The position numbers and the translations under genes are program-made. The notes beneath the pieces are model-generated. The model did no database searches, was not told the origin of the DNA, and saw only the letters and a list, made by a program, of their open reading frames with translations. Shown here piece by piece: positions 30,866-40,678 of a stretch of DNA of 64,000 bases. Every line of letters begins with the position of its first letter. Positions within the stretch are counted from its first letter, which is position 1. The DNA is taken from contig PSPX01000011.1 of the NCBI GenBank assembly GCA_004195715.1, forward strand, positions 4,339 to 68,338, given 5' to 3'. This DNA comes from Methanobacteriota archaeon (GTDB taxonomy: Archaea; Thermoplasmatota; Poseidoniia; Poseidoniales; Thalassarchaeaceae).

Positions 30866-31411
30866 ATGAGCGATGAGGACTTGGTGACAAGCGCAGCCCA
30901 GCATATTACACAGGGCGATTTCATGGGGGCGATGGCGCTTTTCGAGTCGCTTGTCGATGCCAATCCGGACGACCCCGCAGGATACCACGGCTGGGCCGAG
31001 GCCGCCCTCTTTGAGATTCAGAATAACGGCAATACCGATGACAGCGGCAACGACCGCATCAACGAAGGACAGGTTGCCGCATACTTCCGAAAGGCATCCG
31101 GGCTGGCTCCTGACAACTCCGAGTATCTGGCTTCGTATGCTAACGCGCTACTGGCGTTCGATCGCATTCCTATGGCCGTGCGCGAGTTCCAGAAGCTACG
31201 CGATCTCGGCTCCTCGTCCGATGAGATTGATGTCTCCATCGATCTCTACGAAGCTGCTCGCATGCTAATCGACGCAGTCGACCTCAAGACCAATTTTGAC
31301 CGCAGCCACCCGTTCGCGAGGCAGTACGTCCCGGTTGCCATTGAGTTCGCCCTTCTCGGCCTCGGTTTCCCATCTGCTAACGAGGCGACGGAGTACCTCA
31401 CTGAGGACTGA
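30866..31411 (+). CDS. TPR-repeat protein
   Basis: ANPDDPAGYHGWAEA and LAPDNSEYLASYANAL helical repeats. Confidence 0.8.
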   Translation: MSDEDLVTSAAQHITQGDFMGAMALFESLVDANPDDPAGYHGWAEAALFEIQNNGNTDDSGNDRINEGQVAAYFRKASGLAPDNSEYLASYANALLAFDRIPMAVREFQKLRDLGSSSDEIDVSIDLYEAARMLIDAVDLKTNFDRSHPFARQYVPVAIEFALLGLGFPSANEATEYLTED

Positions 31412-31425
31412 GGGGTGACAGGCCC

Positions 31426-32301
31426 TTGGACAGCGACCGCGTGATGGTCGCGCTCGGCTATCACGGCGACGCCTTCCACGGCTCCCAGGTCCAGCCCGAC
31501 ATCCGAACCGTCGAGGGCGCGCTCATCCAAGCGCTTGAGCGGCTGGGCTGGTGGAGAGAGGGCTGCCTAGAGATGTCCAGCCGGACCGATGCTGGAGTCA
31601 GCGTCCGGATGAATCTGGCCCGAATAGATCTCCCTACTGAGGTCGCTCGCCCCATTGAGGAGACAAATCTTCTGAGGGCGATGAACGACAATCTTCCCAT
31701 CGGGATGGTGGTTTGGAGTGCAAGGGGCATACCTCAGAAGACCCGTATCAGGCATTCGACTTCGCGTCACTACCTGTTTCGCACCGAGGTCATGCACGAT
31801 TGGCCACGCGAGGTCGATGCCGAGGTCTTCGCCGAGGCATGCTCGCTGTTTGAGGGGGAGCACGACTTCACCAACATGTGCAGGTTGGAGAAGGAAAAGG
31901 ATCCGATGAGAACAATCGACGAGTGCACTCCGTGGCTCGCCCCCGACGGTAGGGTAATCGGTATCTCGGTGAGGGCCCACTCCTTCCTTTGGAATCAAGT
32001 GCGTAGGATGGCCAGTGCGATCTCCGGAGCAGTATCGGGCAGGAACACGCTGGATGACATCCGAACCGCCCTCGACAGTCCTGAAGACCCCGTCGACCTC
32101 GGTCGCTCTCCTTCGGATGGACTCGTCCTATGGTCGATAGAGAACCCGCACTCAGATGGGATGACTGACGGCTTGTTGCCCGAAACAAGTTGGTTCTCCG
32201 AGCCGCCGAGTGATATGAGGGGGCACACTAGGTGGCTCGCACTCGCCCGTCTTGAGATGGATACGCTACTGGAGCGGGAGTGGCTGAAACGGCTCAACTG
32301 A
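31426..32301 (+). CDS. truA: tRNA pseudouridine(38-40) synthase
   Basis: GSQVQPDIRTVEG, SRTDAGV, GEHDF, SFLWNQVRR. Confidence 0.93.
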   Translation: MDSDRVMVALGYHGDAFHGSQVQPDIRTVEGALIQALERLGWWREGCLEMSSRTDAGVSVRMNLARIDLPTEVARPIEETNLLRAMNDNLPIGMVVWSARGIPQKTRIRHSTSRHYLFRTEVMHDWPREVDAEVFAEACSLFEGEHDFTNMCRLEKEKDPMRTIDECTPWLAPDGRVIGISVRAHSFLWNQVRRMASAISGAVSGRNTLDDIRTALDSPEDPVDLGRSPSDGLVLWSIENPHSDGMTDGLLPETSWFSEPPSDMRGHTRWLALARLEMDTLLEREWLKRLN

Positions 32302-32728
32302 GCCTGACGGCAATCTCGTCGCCATCCTCGCATGGCAACGCTTCGCGCAGGAACGAGGACGAAATCACCTCGGCTGTTTGGGTGTGTCGGGTCAGGTCTG
32401 GGATGAGGATGGCGCAGGATATCCAATCGTTCCCGCCCCTGCCGATTTCAGCCTTGAACGCGGTCGCCCCTCCGAACGAGCGACCTGACCGCTCGAAACC
32501 ATGTATCCTAATCGGCTCCGCACTCTCGGCACTCTCGCCTTCCTCGAGGCCTGCTAGGACCCTCAGTCCCTTGTAGTTCGACAGGTTATCTCCATACAGG
32601 TCGATGTTCAGAGTACCGGGCCAAGCACCAGTGCCCAAAACGCCTTTGAATTGGTTCTGGTAGTGCGGCTGTGCCATGAAGACATGGGCCCTGCCCAAAC
32701 CACTCGACACAATTCCACTCAGATGCAC
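32294..32728 (-). CDS. ribK: CTP-dependent riboflavin kinase (archaeal type)
   Basis: SGLGRA, PGTLN, PDLTRH...EVIS...LR; start (GTG) inferred. Confidence 0.88.
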   Translation of the reverse strand: MHLSGIVSSGLGRAHVFMAQPHYQNQFKGVLGTGAWPGTLNIDLYGDNLSNYKGLRVLAGLEEGESAESAEPIRIHGFERSGRSFGGATAFKAEIGRGGNDWISCAILIPDLTRHTQTAEVISSSFLREALPCEDGDEIAVRLS

Positions 32729-32772
32729 GGCCCTGCCTCGAGGCGACCGCTCATAATATTCCTCATTGTGAA

Positions 32773-33639
32773 TCAGAGAGCAAACTGTTGCCCTTGTGCC
32801 GCAACCTGCCAACCTAGGTCTAACAACTCCTCGGCCTCTGGCCCCGGGCCCAGAAGGGGGTTGGAGTGATTCAGGTGGATGAAGTGTATCTCGGCATCGC
32901 CCTCGACTTGTTCGCCCAGTCTCGCTAGGGTCTCGGTCACGGTCGGGTGAGGTATCTCTGACATATCGCGACCGGGCAGCTCGCTCGAGTCCCAGAACGA
33001 GCCATCGAGCAGGGCGATGCTGACTCCGAGGTCCGACAGCCACTGGCGAATCGAGTTAGCGCCGTGTCTGCCAAGAGTCTGAGCCCAGTCGTCGTGATCC
33101 GGCAGAAAGAGTGCGGAGCGAGAAGGCCCCCTGATTATCACGGCGTGGGTGTCGGCGTGCTCATCTCTGTGTGGGACTGGCACGAACTCTATCTCGAAGC
33201 CGCAACTCCCGCTCGGGCCAAATCGCTCCATTGGCACTATCTCCGTAGAGTCGAATGGCCCCAGCGCCTCTCTCTTAGCCAACTCATCCAAGACAGATGC
33301 ACTAGCGAACAGCGGCAATTCGGAGCATCCCATCACCTCGTTTCCGAACTGTCCTAGTCCGTCTATGTGCCCGAGGTGGATGTGAGTCAAACTGACGCTG
33401 TCAGGACGTGCAACTCCCTCGGCACCCATCGTCTCTGCCCATAGCCGCATTTGATCGGGCAGAGAACGACTCGCCTCGATGAGATGCAGGCTGCCGTCAC
33501 TTCCGCGGATTCCGCACGCCACAGGGTGCCGGCGGAGCGAAGGATCGCGATGCGCCGCCATACATCGCACGCACGAGCAGCCCGCGTGTGGCACACCTCC
33601 GTCTTGCGCAATTCCGAGAAGTACCAGAGTCACTTCCAT
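32773..33639 (-). CDS. PqqB-like metallo-beta-lactamase fold hydrolase
   Basis: LGIAQDGGVPHAGCSCVRC, THIHLGH, VPHRDE, IHLNHSNP. Confidence 0.87.
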   Translation of the reverse strand: MEVTLVLLGIAQDGGVPHAGCSCVRCMAAHRDPSLRRHPVACGIRGSDGSLHLIEASRSLPDQMRLWAETMGAEGVARPDSVSLTHIHLGHIDGLGQFGNEVMGCSELPLFASASVLDELAKREALGPFDSTEIVPMERFGPSGSCGFEIEFVPVPHRDEHADTHAVIIRGPSRSALFLPDHDDWAQTLGRHGANSIRQWLSDLGVSIALLDGSFWDSSELPGRDMSEIPHPTVTETLARLGEQVEGDAEIHFIHLNHSNPLLGPGPEAEELLDLGWQVAAQGQQFAL

Positions 33640-33735
33640 AATTCGCGGTAGCGGTATCAGAAATGAAGCACTCGGATGCCGAAACCGCGTGGGCTGTTCC
33701 GATGGAGCCATGAACCTCACCGGTATTTGCGGGGC

Positions 33736-34914
33736 ATGGCGGCCGACCTGTCGTGGATGCGCGAGCGCTACGAGCAACTACGCTCTCAGGGCCTCGACTG
33801 GGACCCGCCAGCCCTACAATCGGCTAGCGAACCGCGTTGCATGGTCGACGGCAGAGAGATGATCTTGCTCTCAGCCAACAACTACCTCAACTTGACAACT
33901 CACCCCAAGGTTGTCGAAGCAGCCGTGGAAGCCACCCGCAAGTATGGGGCCGGTTCGGGCTCGGTGCGCGCGATAGCCGGAACTCTCGACCTACACCTTG
34001 AGGCCGAGCGAGTATGCGCCCACTTCAAGGAGGTCGAGGCAGCGCTGATCTACTCGGCTGGCTACACTGCCAACGTGGGCCTCATCCCCACCCTCGTTCG
34101 CGGCTCTGAGGATGTCATAATCTCAGATGAATTGAATCACGGTTCCATCATCGATGGAGTCAGACTGACCAAGGCATCTAGGGCTGTGTACCAGCATAAC
34201 GACATGGCTGCGCTTGAACAGGTCCTGAAAGAACACTCGGGCAGCGAGAGGAAACTAATCATCACCGACGGTGTGTTCAGCATGGACGGTGACATCGCAC
34301 CGCTGGACGAGATTACCGAGCTCGCCGAGCAGCACGACGCTATGGTGTTCGTCGACGACTGCCACGGCGAAGGAGTTCTTGGTGACGGCAGGGGGATTGT
34401 CGCGCATTTCGGATTGCAGGGACGAGTAACCTTTGAGATCGGCTCTTACTCCAAGGCACTGGGCGTCCAAGGCGGTATTGTCGCAGGCTCAGAAGATGTC
34501 CGAAGGCATGCTCTCAACCACAGCCGCTCGTGGCTGCTTTCGGGCAGCCAGCCACCAGGAGTGGCTGCCGCACAGAAGGCGGCCATAGAGGTCTTGATGT
34601 CCGAACCACAGCACGTTCGCAAACTATGGGACAATACCGAATACTTCCGAGGCGAACTTGACTCATTGGGCTTCGACACGGGCATGAGTGAGACTCCCAT
34701 CATCCCGGTGATGTGCGGAGAGAGCCGATTGGCGCAGGACCTGTCTGCTGCATTGAGGAAGGAAGGAGTAATGGTGGGCGCCATTGTTTTCCCTATGGTA
34801 GCCCGTGACAAGGCACGGGTGAGGACACAGATGTCTGCCGGACTTACCCGTGATGATCTGCAGGTGGTTTTGGGTAAGTTCGAAACTTGTGGACAGGAAC
34901 TCGGATTAATTTGA
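33736..34914 (+). CDS. kbl: Glycine C-acetyltransferase / 8-amino-7-oxononanoate synthase family (PLP)
   Basis: ANNYLNL, DELNHGSIIDG, DGVFSMDGD, DDCHGEG, SKALG. Confidence 0.85.
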   Translation: MAADLSWMRERYEQLRSQGLDWDPPALQSASEPRCMVDGREMILLSANNYLNLTTHPKVVEAAVEATRKYGAGSGSVRAIAGTLDLHLEAERVCAHFKEVEAALIYSAGYTANVGLIPTLVRGSEDVIISDELNHGSIIDGVRLTKASRAVYQHNDMAALEQVLKEHSGSERKLIITDGVFSMDGDIAPLDEITELAEQHDAMVFVDDCHGEGVLGDGRGIVAHFGLQGRVTFEIGSYSKALGVQGGIVAGSEDVRRHALNHSRSWLLSGSQPPGVAAAQKAAIEVLMSEPQHVRKLWDNTEYFRGELDSLGFDTGMSETPIIPVMCGESRLAQDLSAALRKEGVMVGAIVFPMVARDKARVRTQMSAGLTRDDLQVVLGKFETCGQELGLI

Positions 34915-34923
34915 GGTGATGAG

Positions 34924-35148
34924 ATGACTACACAGACAACTGAGAATAGGGAAAGACTGCTTGTGGTATGGCTGATCGCCTCGGCTTTCGGCATAATGTT
35001 CGCCGTACTATCCTGGATGCAGGAATCGGGAATCCTGCCTCCTGCCGATGAACTGGGGGCATGGAAAGGACTGCTCGCCGTGTTTACTGGACTGACTCTC
35101 TATTGGATTGTCGCCAGAACTATGTCAGGGGGCCCGGGTGATGAGTGA
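34924..35148 (+). CDS. Small two-TM membrane protein
   Basis: GAGGTGA RBS, two hydrophobic segments, operonic position. Confidence 0.7.
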   Translation: MTTQTTENRERLLVVWLIASAFGIMFAVLSWMQESGILPPADELGAWKGLLAVFTGLTLYWIVARTMSGGPGDE

Positions 35149-35578
35149 GTTGGGACGCTGGCCAATCAGTTGCGAGATTCCTGTACAGTGGGGTGAAATG
35201 GACGCCCTCAATCATGTCAACCACACCGTGTTCATCAGGTGGATGGAAACTGCTCGCATGCACTACTTCATCGCCTGTGGATTCACTGACTTGTTCGATT
35301 CTGAGGGAATCGGACCTATTCTCGCCGGGCTCAAAGTGGATTACAACGCCCCGGTCGGGTTCCCAGACACTGTAACCGTCCATACCACTGTCACTCGCAT
35401 AGGCAACGCGTCGTTTGAAATGGGGTACCGAATCACTAGCTCTGCCAAGGGCGACGAAGACGTCGCTACCGGTACTGTCTCAGGCGTCGTCTTCGACTAC
35501 AATTCCGACTCTAGCACACCGATGCCTGATTCCTTGAGAGCCAGTATACTACAGCTCGAAGCTACCGGAAGCGTCTAG
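35141..35578 (+). CDS. Acyl-CoA thioesterase (4HBT/YbgC hotdog fold)
   Basis: WGEMDALNHVNH...ETAR. Confidence 0.9.
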   Translation: MSELGRWPISCEIPVQWGEMDALNHVNHTVFIRWMETARMHYFIACGFTDLFDSEGIGPILAGLKVDYNAPVGFPDTVTVHTTVTRIGNASFEMGYRITSSAKGDEDVATGTVSGVVFDYNSDSSTPMPDSLRASILQLEATGSV

Positions 35579-36222
35579 AAAGAAGCCTCTACGACTTCCT
35601 CAAGATCCCCATCATCCGCTTCCGAAGGCTCGTCCACAGACCTCTCATCAATCGTCCTGCGCATCCCCTCGAATGGTGCAAGGCCGCGATCAAGCCTGTC
35701 GAGTATCCTCCATCGGGGGGCGTACGAGAGGTGGATGTAGAGAGGGCCGGGGTAGACGAAGCAGAACCAGCCTACCCAAGTCGCATACTCAGGGACCTCG
35801 TTCATCATCGAGATGGAGAGCACCGCCAAGCCGATGAAAGGGAATGGGAACAGATATCTGCGTCGGTTCTCAAGGCGGATTGGAGGACGTTTTACTACCG
35901 AGGCGAGCATCGAGGAGAAGCCGCCGAGGAAGGCTGTCAGGGTGATTAGAATCAGCGTCTGCAGACTCCAATCTCTGAGGGTCACCTCCAGTGCCTGTCC
36001 CTCGTTGTTTCCTATGTAGCCGTAGGGTAGAAGTAGAGTCAGGCCCATCAAAAGCCCGTAGAACCCGCCGACGAAAACCGGATGCGAAACCGTCAGAGGA
36101 TAACGAAGAAACATCTGACTGAGCGAGCCACCCTCGAGCATGTACCTATGCTCGAAATCCAACTCATCGAGCCTGTCACGCCAACCTGACACGACCCTGC
36201 CCGCAGACGCCTCCGCTATCAC
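35575..36222 (-). CDS. Membrane hypothetical protein
   Basis: Four TM segments, acidic tail. Confidence 0.7.
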   Translation of the reverse strand: MIAEASAGRVVSGWRDRLDELDFEHRYMLEGGSLSQMFLRYPLTVSHPVFVGGFYGLLMGLTLLLPYGYIGNNEGQALEVTLRDWSLQTLILITLTAFLGGFSSMLASVVKRPPIRLENRRRYLFPFPFIGLAVLSISMMNEVPEYATWVGWFCFVYPGPLYIHLSYAPRWRILDRLDRGLAPFEGMRRTIDERSVDEPSEADDGDLEEVVEASF

Positions 36223-36359
36223 CGTTACGGGTGGTTTTCGGCGTTTTCTCCTGCGTTGAAATCGCGCTCCTGTGCTATTGCGAGGCCGCGGTCTTTGCTG
36301 ATTTCAATGTCGGAGGAGTTATCATGTGACCATCTATACGTCGGTTGCTAAGGGATAAC

Positions 36360-37529
36360 ATGAGCGACGAGGATACAATCTTCACAATCACCGAAGCCAA
36401 TCTCGACTCAGGCCTCAGGGGCGTACCGGTGGGCACCTGTAGGACCTCATTCGTTGACCCCCTAGAGGGAGTCCATTACGTCGGCTATCCTGTGGGCGAC
36501 CTAGCCAATCTCGAAGAGGAGGATGTGATTTACCTCCTGATGCACAAGCGCCTCCCCAATCCGGAGGAGTCCGAGGCCTTCCACGCTGAACTTGCACACA
36601 GGGCAGAGGAAGTTCCAACCGGAGCGCTGCGCGTGCTCGAGTCACTGACTCCGGGAAGCGGTCACCCGATGGACTGGCTAGCAATCGGGATTATGTCGCT
36701 GGGCGCTGCTGACACCACCGGAGATGCACGGGCCGACTCGATGAACCTCATCGCTAGGATGCCGGAGCTGATGGCCCGGATATTCTTGCTCCGAGGAGGC
36801 AAGCCGGAGGAACTCAGGCCACGCAAGCCCGAACTCGGGCTGGTCGAGAATTTCGTCCACATGCTGGGAGTCGAGGGCGCCGAGGCCGAGAGGATGGAGC
36901 GCATGCTGCGATTTTTCTTCATACTGCACATGGACCACGGTGGCGGCAATCTCTCGACTTTCTCAGGTAAAGCCGTTGCCAGCGGTCGCGCCTCAATCTA
37001 CGCTTCTATCGCCAGCGCGATGAACGCGCTGTCAGGACCTCTGCACGGACGCGCCAATCAGGCTTGCCTTGAGTTCGTCCAGAGGATAGGGACCTCGGAC
37101 CCCAGTGAGATCGAATCCTTCGTGCGCTCGGAGTTGGCTGCCCGTCGACCAATTTACGGTTTCGGTCATGGCGTTCTTCGCGCCGAAGACCCACGGGCTA
37201 AACTCTTGATAGAACTCGGTGAGGAGATATGCCCCGATGACGAGAACTTCAGGACCGTCACTGCTCTTCGAGAGATCGTACCTCCAATCCTGAAGGAAAT
37301 ACCGAAGATCAGCAATCCTTACCCCAACGTCGATCTCGCCAGTGGCAGTTTGCTGAACTCAGTAGGCTTCCATAAGCCGGACTACTATACGACATTCTTC
37401 GGCTGGGCACGGGTCGCTGGAATATGCGCGCAGATACTGGATGAGCGAAATGCGCGTGAAGGTCGGGGCACACCGATTTACAGGCCCAAGTACATCCCGC
37501 GCAATCAGCCGCACCAGCGACTTGAGTAA
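36360..37529 (+). CDS. gltA: Citrate synthase
   Basis: GLRGVP, HPM, DHGGGN, GPLHGRAN, GFGHGVLR..DPR, PNVD. Confidence 0.94.
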   Translation: MSDEDTIFTITEANLDSGLRGVPVGTCRTSFVDPLEGVHYVGYPVGDLANLEEEDVIYLLMHKRLPNPEESEAFHAELAHRAEEVPTGALRVLESLTPGSGHPMDWLAIGIMSLGAADTTGDARADSMNLIARMPELMARIFLLRGGKPEELRPRKPELGLVENFVHMLGVEGAEAERMERMLRFFFILHMDHGGGNLSTFSGKAVASGRASIYASIASAMNALSGPLHGRANQACLEFVQRIGTSDPSEIESFVRSELAARRPIYGFGHGVLRAEDPRAKLLIELGEEICPDDENFRTVTALREIVPPILKEIPKISNPYPNVDLASGSLLNSVGFHKPDYYTTFFGWARVAGICAQILDERNAREGRGTPIYRPKYIPRNQPHQRLE

Positions 37530-38636
37530 TCAGTCGGTGTCACCTGCTCCACGATGCCCAATCAGTCTCGGACTGCCCCATGGCAGTCCGTTCTCAGCCT
37601 CTGCAGCCCACTTGTCTTCCGATCCTGCCCAGAACATGCGGTGACCTTGCTCGATAATCATCTCCCTCTTTCGATGACTCTCCAATTCGGGCCATGTGGG
37701 AAGGGACTCTCCCGCTTCCCTGATCAGGTCACCTCGCTCCGAGTCCGTGGCAGTATCAAGGCGTCCACGCCACTCATCGTCGAGCGGCTGGCTGGCAGGC
37801 CTCATCCAGCGTGCCTTGCCATCAGGTAGGGAGAAGACACCCGGGTCCATATGATCGGAGATGAGCGATATTCCTGCTTCTAGCATCGAAGCCTCTAGTT
37901 CCAGCGGCGCGGGCCAAACATGCAGCCCCATACCCGCTCGAGCTCTGTTGAGACGTTCGAGACCCCCTCCACTGATTGCCATCGGTGTTCCGGGATGTGC
38001 AAAACGCTCCCACCCCTGTAGGTACTGGAGTGTCATTGCAATAGCAGGCATCCTCTCTTCTCGATGCTCCTTGATCAAACCTGTGACCGTACTGAGCACA
38101 AAGCCCGGAGTTCCGACGAGTCGTTTGATACGATAACTCCCCCAAGGTCTGAGATAGGGTGACAGACGAGTCACCGGAAATCCGAATCCGACTGACTTGG
38201 CGACAGGGCCGATTCTCGGGCTAAAGCTGTACACCAGTGCCGACCTATCGGGCAGGTCAAACGGGTCAAGACTCTCCTCTAGGAGACTCATCATGGCACT
38301 CAGATGAGCATCGACGTCGTCTATCTGCGCTGCTGGATGCGGAACTTTGAACTCGATGTTCGCAGTCTTTCCACCGGCCTGCCAGACATCTGTCAATACT
38401 CCTTGAGAGAGTAATTCATCGAATGTAACGGTACCTAGAGAGCGTATTTCGCTGGTACTCATCCTCTCTATACTCCTCTCGAATTTACTCCCTTCCCCTG
38501 GAACCAGCTCGTTGTGATAGATCACGAACTCGCCGTCGCTGCTGAGGCGAAGGTCGAATTCAATTCCGTCGGCGAACTGCATGCCATGCAGCAGTGCTGC
38601 GAGGGAATTCTCCTTGGGCTGGTCCCAGACAGTCAT
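37530..38636 (-). CDS. Glycerophosphodiester phosphodiesterase, circularly permuted
   Basis: N-terminal KENSLAAL, GIEFDLRLSSDG, YH, NIEFK; the IGHRGA motif is at the extreme C-terminus. Confidence 0.82.
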   Translation of the reverse strand: MTVWDQPKENSLAALLHGMQFADGIEFDLRLSSDGEFVIYHNELVPGEGSKFERSIERMSTSEIRSLGTVTFDELLSQGVLTDVWQAGGKTANIEFKVPHPAAQIDDVDAHLSAMMSLLEESLDPFDLPDRSALVYSFSPRIGPVAKSVGFGFPVTRLSPYLRPWGSYRIKRLVGTPGFVLSTVTGLIKEHREERMPAIAMTLQYLQGWERFAHPGTPMAISGGGLERLNRARAGMGLHVWPAPLELEASMLEAGISLISDHMDPGVFSLPDGKARWMRPASQPLDDEWRGRLDTATDSERGDLIREAGESLPTWPELESHRKREMIIEQGHRMFWAGSEDKWAAEAENGLPWGSPRLIGHRGAGDTD

Positions 38637-38746
38637 GCAAACACTCCACGCGTGTGGTGTCCAGTCCAAGAATGCAATGACGGAATATGTACGCCACCTC
38701 CCCAATGCTCAAACCCTCGGACCTCCAGCGCTGCCTAGGTAGTACC

Positions 38747-40678
38747 ATGTCAGACACAGTTGAATTAGACCTCGAATCAAATCCACAAGCAATACGCGGG
38801 TATGCATTCTACGATTGGGCCAAGTCCTCTTTCGAGACCAGTGTTACCACCGCTGTCCTACCAGCATGGTTCGCCTACATATTCCTGAAGGCGAACGGGC
38901 TGGAGGCCACCGTTCTTGGGGTATCAATGACCAGCGACGCAATCTGGTCATATTCGGTTTCAATCGCCGCGATTTTCGTCGCCATACTGGCTCCGTCCCT
39001 CGGTGTCATAGCCGACCGACGCGCCATCAAGATATGGTGGCTAAGGATTCTAACCTACCTCGGGGCCGCGTCGACATTCTTGCTCGCCTTCGCTCCGATG
39101 CTCGGAGTATCTCAACAGTGGGTCTGGCTGATTGTGATGTTCTTGATGGCAAACGTCGGCTTGAACGGCGCTGGCGTGTTCTATAATGCGTTACTCCCTC
39201 ATTTGGGAACCGACGACGAGATGGACGCCATTTCGAACAGGGCGTACGCCTACGGCTACCTCGGTGGGGGGCTGCTGCTCGCGGTCCATCTGGTCATGTT
39301 CCTTTCGATTACCGGAGACTGGGTCATTCCATTCATAATGGCTTCATCCGGAGTGTGGTGGCTGGGGTTCGCTTGCCTGACCTTCGCTTGGGTGCCCGAG
39401 CCGCCGATTGAGAATGAGATGGAAGTACTCGGGGTCGCCGACTCCGCGAAGTTTGCCTTCGGCGAGCTGAAGAAGACTTTCGGCCAGGTCACTCACTTCC
39501 GCACGCTTTTCATCTACATGATTGCCTACTTCTTCTTCATAGACGGCATTAACAGCGTCTCAGCCCTAGCTGGAATCTACGGAGTAACCGTACTCGGTCT
39601 GACTACTGGAAATCTGATTGCCATTATCTTGATCATTCAGTTCGTGGCTGCACCATGTGCAATCGGCTTCACAATACTCGCGAAAAGGACATCCACACAC
39701 TACGCGCTCTCCTTCTCTCTAGTCATGTGGGTTGTTGTCATCGTTGGTGCCTTGTCCTTCGCCCCCCTAGTTCTCGAGTCGCATGACGAGTATGACATCC
39801 AGTTCGACTGGGATGCGGACGGCGATGGGATTGCCGATGCCGAAGATGATGACACCGATGGTGATTGGTACTCCAATGCGGCGGAGGAAGAGGCAGGCAC
39901 CGATCCGCTGGACCCTTCAAGCACGCCCAACCCGAATCCATCGATATGGTTGCAGCAACGTCTAGCTGGAAAGGGGCAGTATATCGTATCCGTTGGAGAT
40001 GGCACCTACGAAAACGGCCTGTCTCAGAGCGCTGGGGAGCAGGCTTGGGGGTCAGAGTGGTCGGATGTCCTCCCCCTTCACTTCGTTGAGAATGAAGCCG
40101 GAGACACAATCTACGAGTTCGATAACCCTACTGGCCCATCTTCAGCAGTCCTAAATGACAGCAGAATATCTGATTTCACCGCTACCTTCGACGAGGGCAG
40201 CCGCTTGAGCATGAGTGTCCAAGGTGGGGGTTTGAGCGGCACCACTGCACTGGGCGATGATCACCCTACAAGTTTAGGCGATGGTCCTCTGGATTTCGTT
40301 TCAGAAGCCGTTCGTGACAATCTCTGGAAGCCCATTGGATTCGGTGTTTTCATGCAGTTCCTGCTACTGGGGTGCATGGCAGGGGCTCTGCTGGGTGGCT
40401 CACAGGGATTGGCGCGCAGCATATTTGGGCAGATGGTGCCTGAGACCCGCAGCGCCGAATTCTTCGGTTTCTTCGGTTTCTTCGGCAGAGTGGCAGCAAT
40501 CATAGGGCCACTCCTGTATGGCACTCTCACGGTGATGTATGACAGCAGAGTCGGGATAGCCAGCATCTGCGTCCTGATTGTCATCGGCTCGGTTATGATG
40601 AAGTGGGTCGATGTTGACGACGGCCGCCGCGCGGCAATGGAAGAGGATGCCCGTAATCGCGGCATCAGCCTCGATTAG
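38747..40678 (+). CDS. MFS transporter, UMF1/ATG22 family, with large acidic insertion
   Basis: YDWAKS, FYNALLP, YGYLGG, ARSIFGQMVP...EFFGFF. Confidence 0.9.
   Translation: MSDTVELDLESNPQAIRGYAFYDWAKSSFETSVTTAVLPAWFAYIFLKANGLEATVLGVSMTSDAIWSYSVSIAAIFVAILAPSLGVIADRRAIKIWWLRILTYLGAASTFLLAFAPMLGVSQQWVWLIVMFLMANVGLNGAGVFYNALLPHLGTDDEMDAISNRAYAYGYLGGGLLLAVHLVMFLSITGDWVIPFIMASSGVWWLGFACLTFAWVPEPPIENEMEVLGVADSAKFAFGELKKTFGQVTHFRTLFIYMIAYFFFIDGINSVSALAGIYGVTVLGLTTGNLIAIILIIQFVAAPCAIGFTILAKRTSTHYALSFSLVMWVVVIVGALSFAPLVLESHDEYDIQFDWDADGDGIADAEDDDTDGDWYSNAAEEEAGTDPLDPSSTPNPNPSIWLQQRLAGKGQYIVSVGDGTYENGLSQSAGEQAWGSEWSDVLPLHFVENEAGDTIYEFDNPTGPSSAVLNDSRISDFTATFDEGSRLSMSVQGGGLSGTTALGDDHPTSLGDGPLDFVSEAVRDNLWKPIGFGVFMQFLLLGCMAGALLGGSQGLARSIFGQMVPETRSAEFFGFFGFFGRVAAIIGPLLYGTLTVMYDSRVGIASICVLIVIGSVMMKWVDVDDGRRAAMEEDARNRGISLD

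Noticed and set aside
32773-33639. PQQ biosynthesis cluster
   Set aside because: Only a PqqB-like fold is present; no pqqA/C/D/E nearby.
40460-40486. TTCTTCGGT x3 tandem repeat
   Set aside because: Encodes the FFGFFGFFG stretch of the MFS protein, a family-typical motif.
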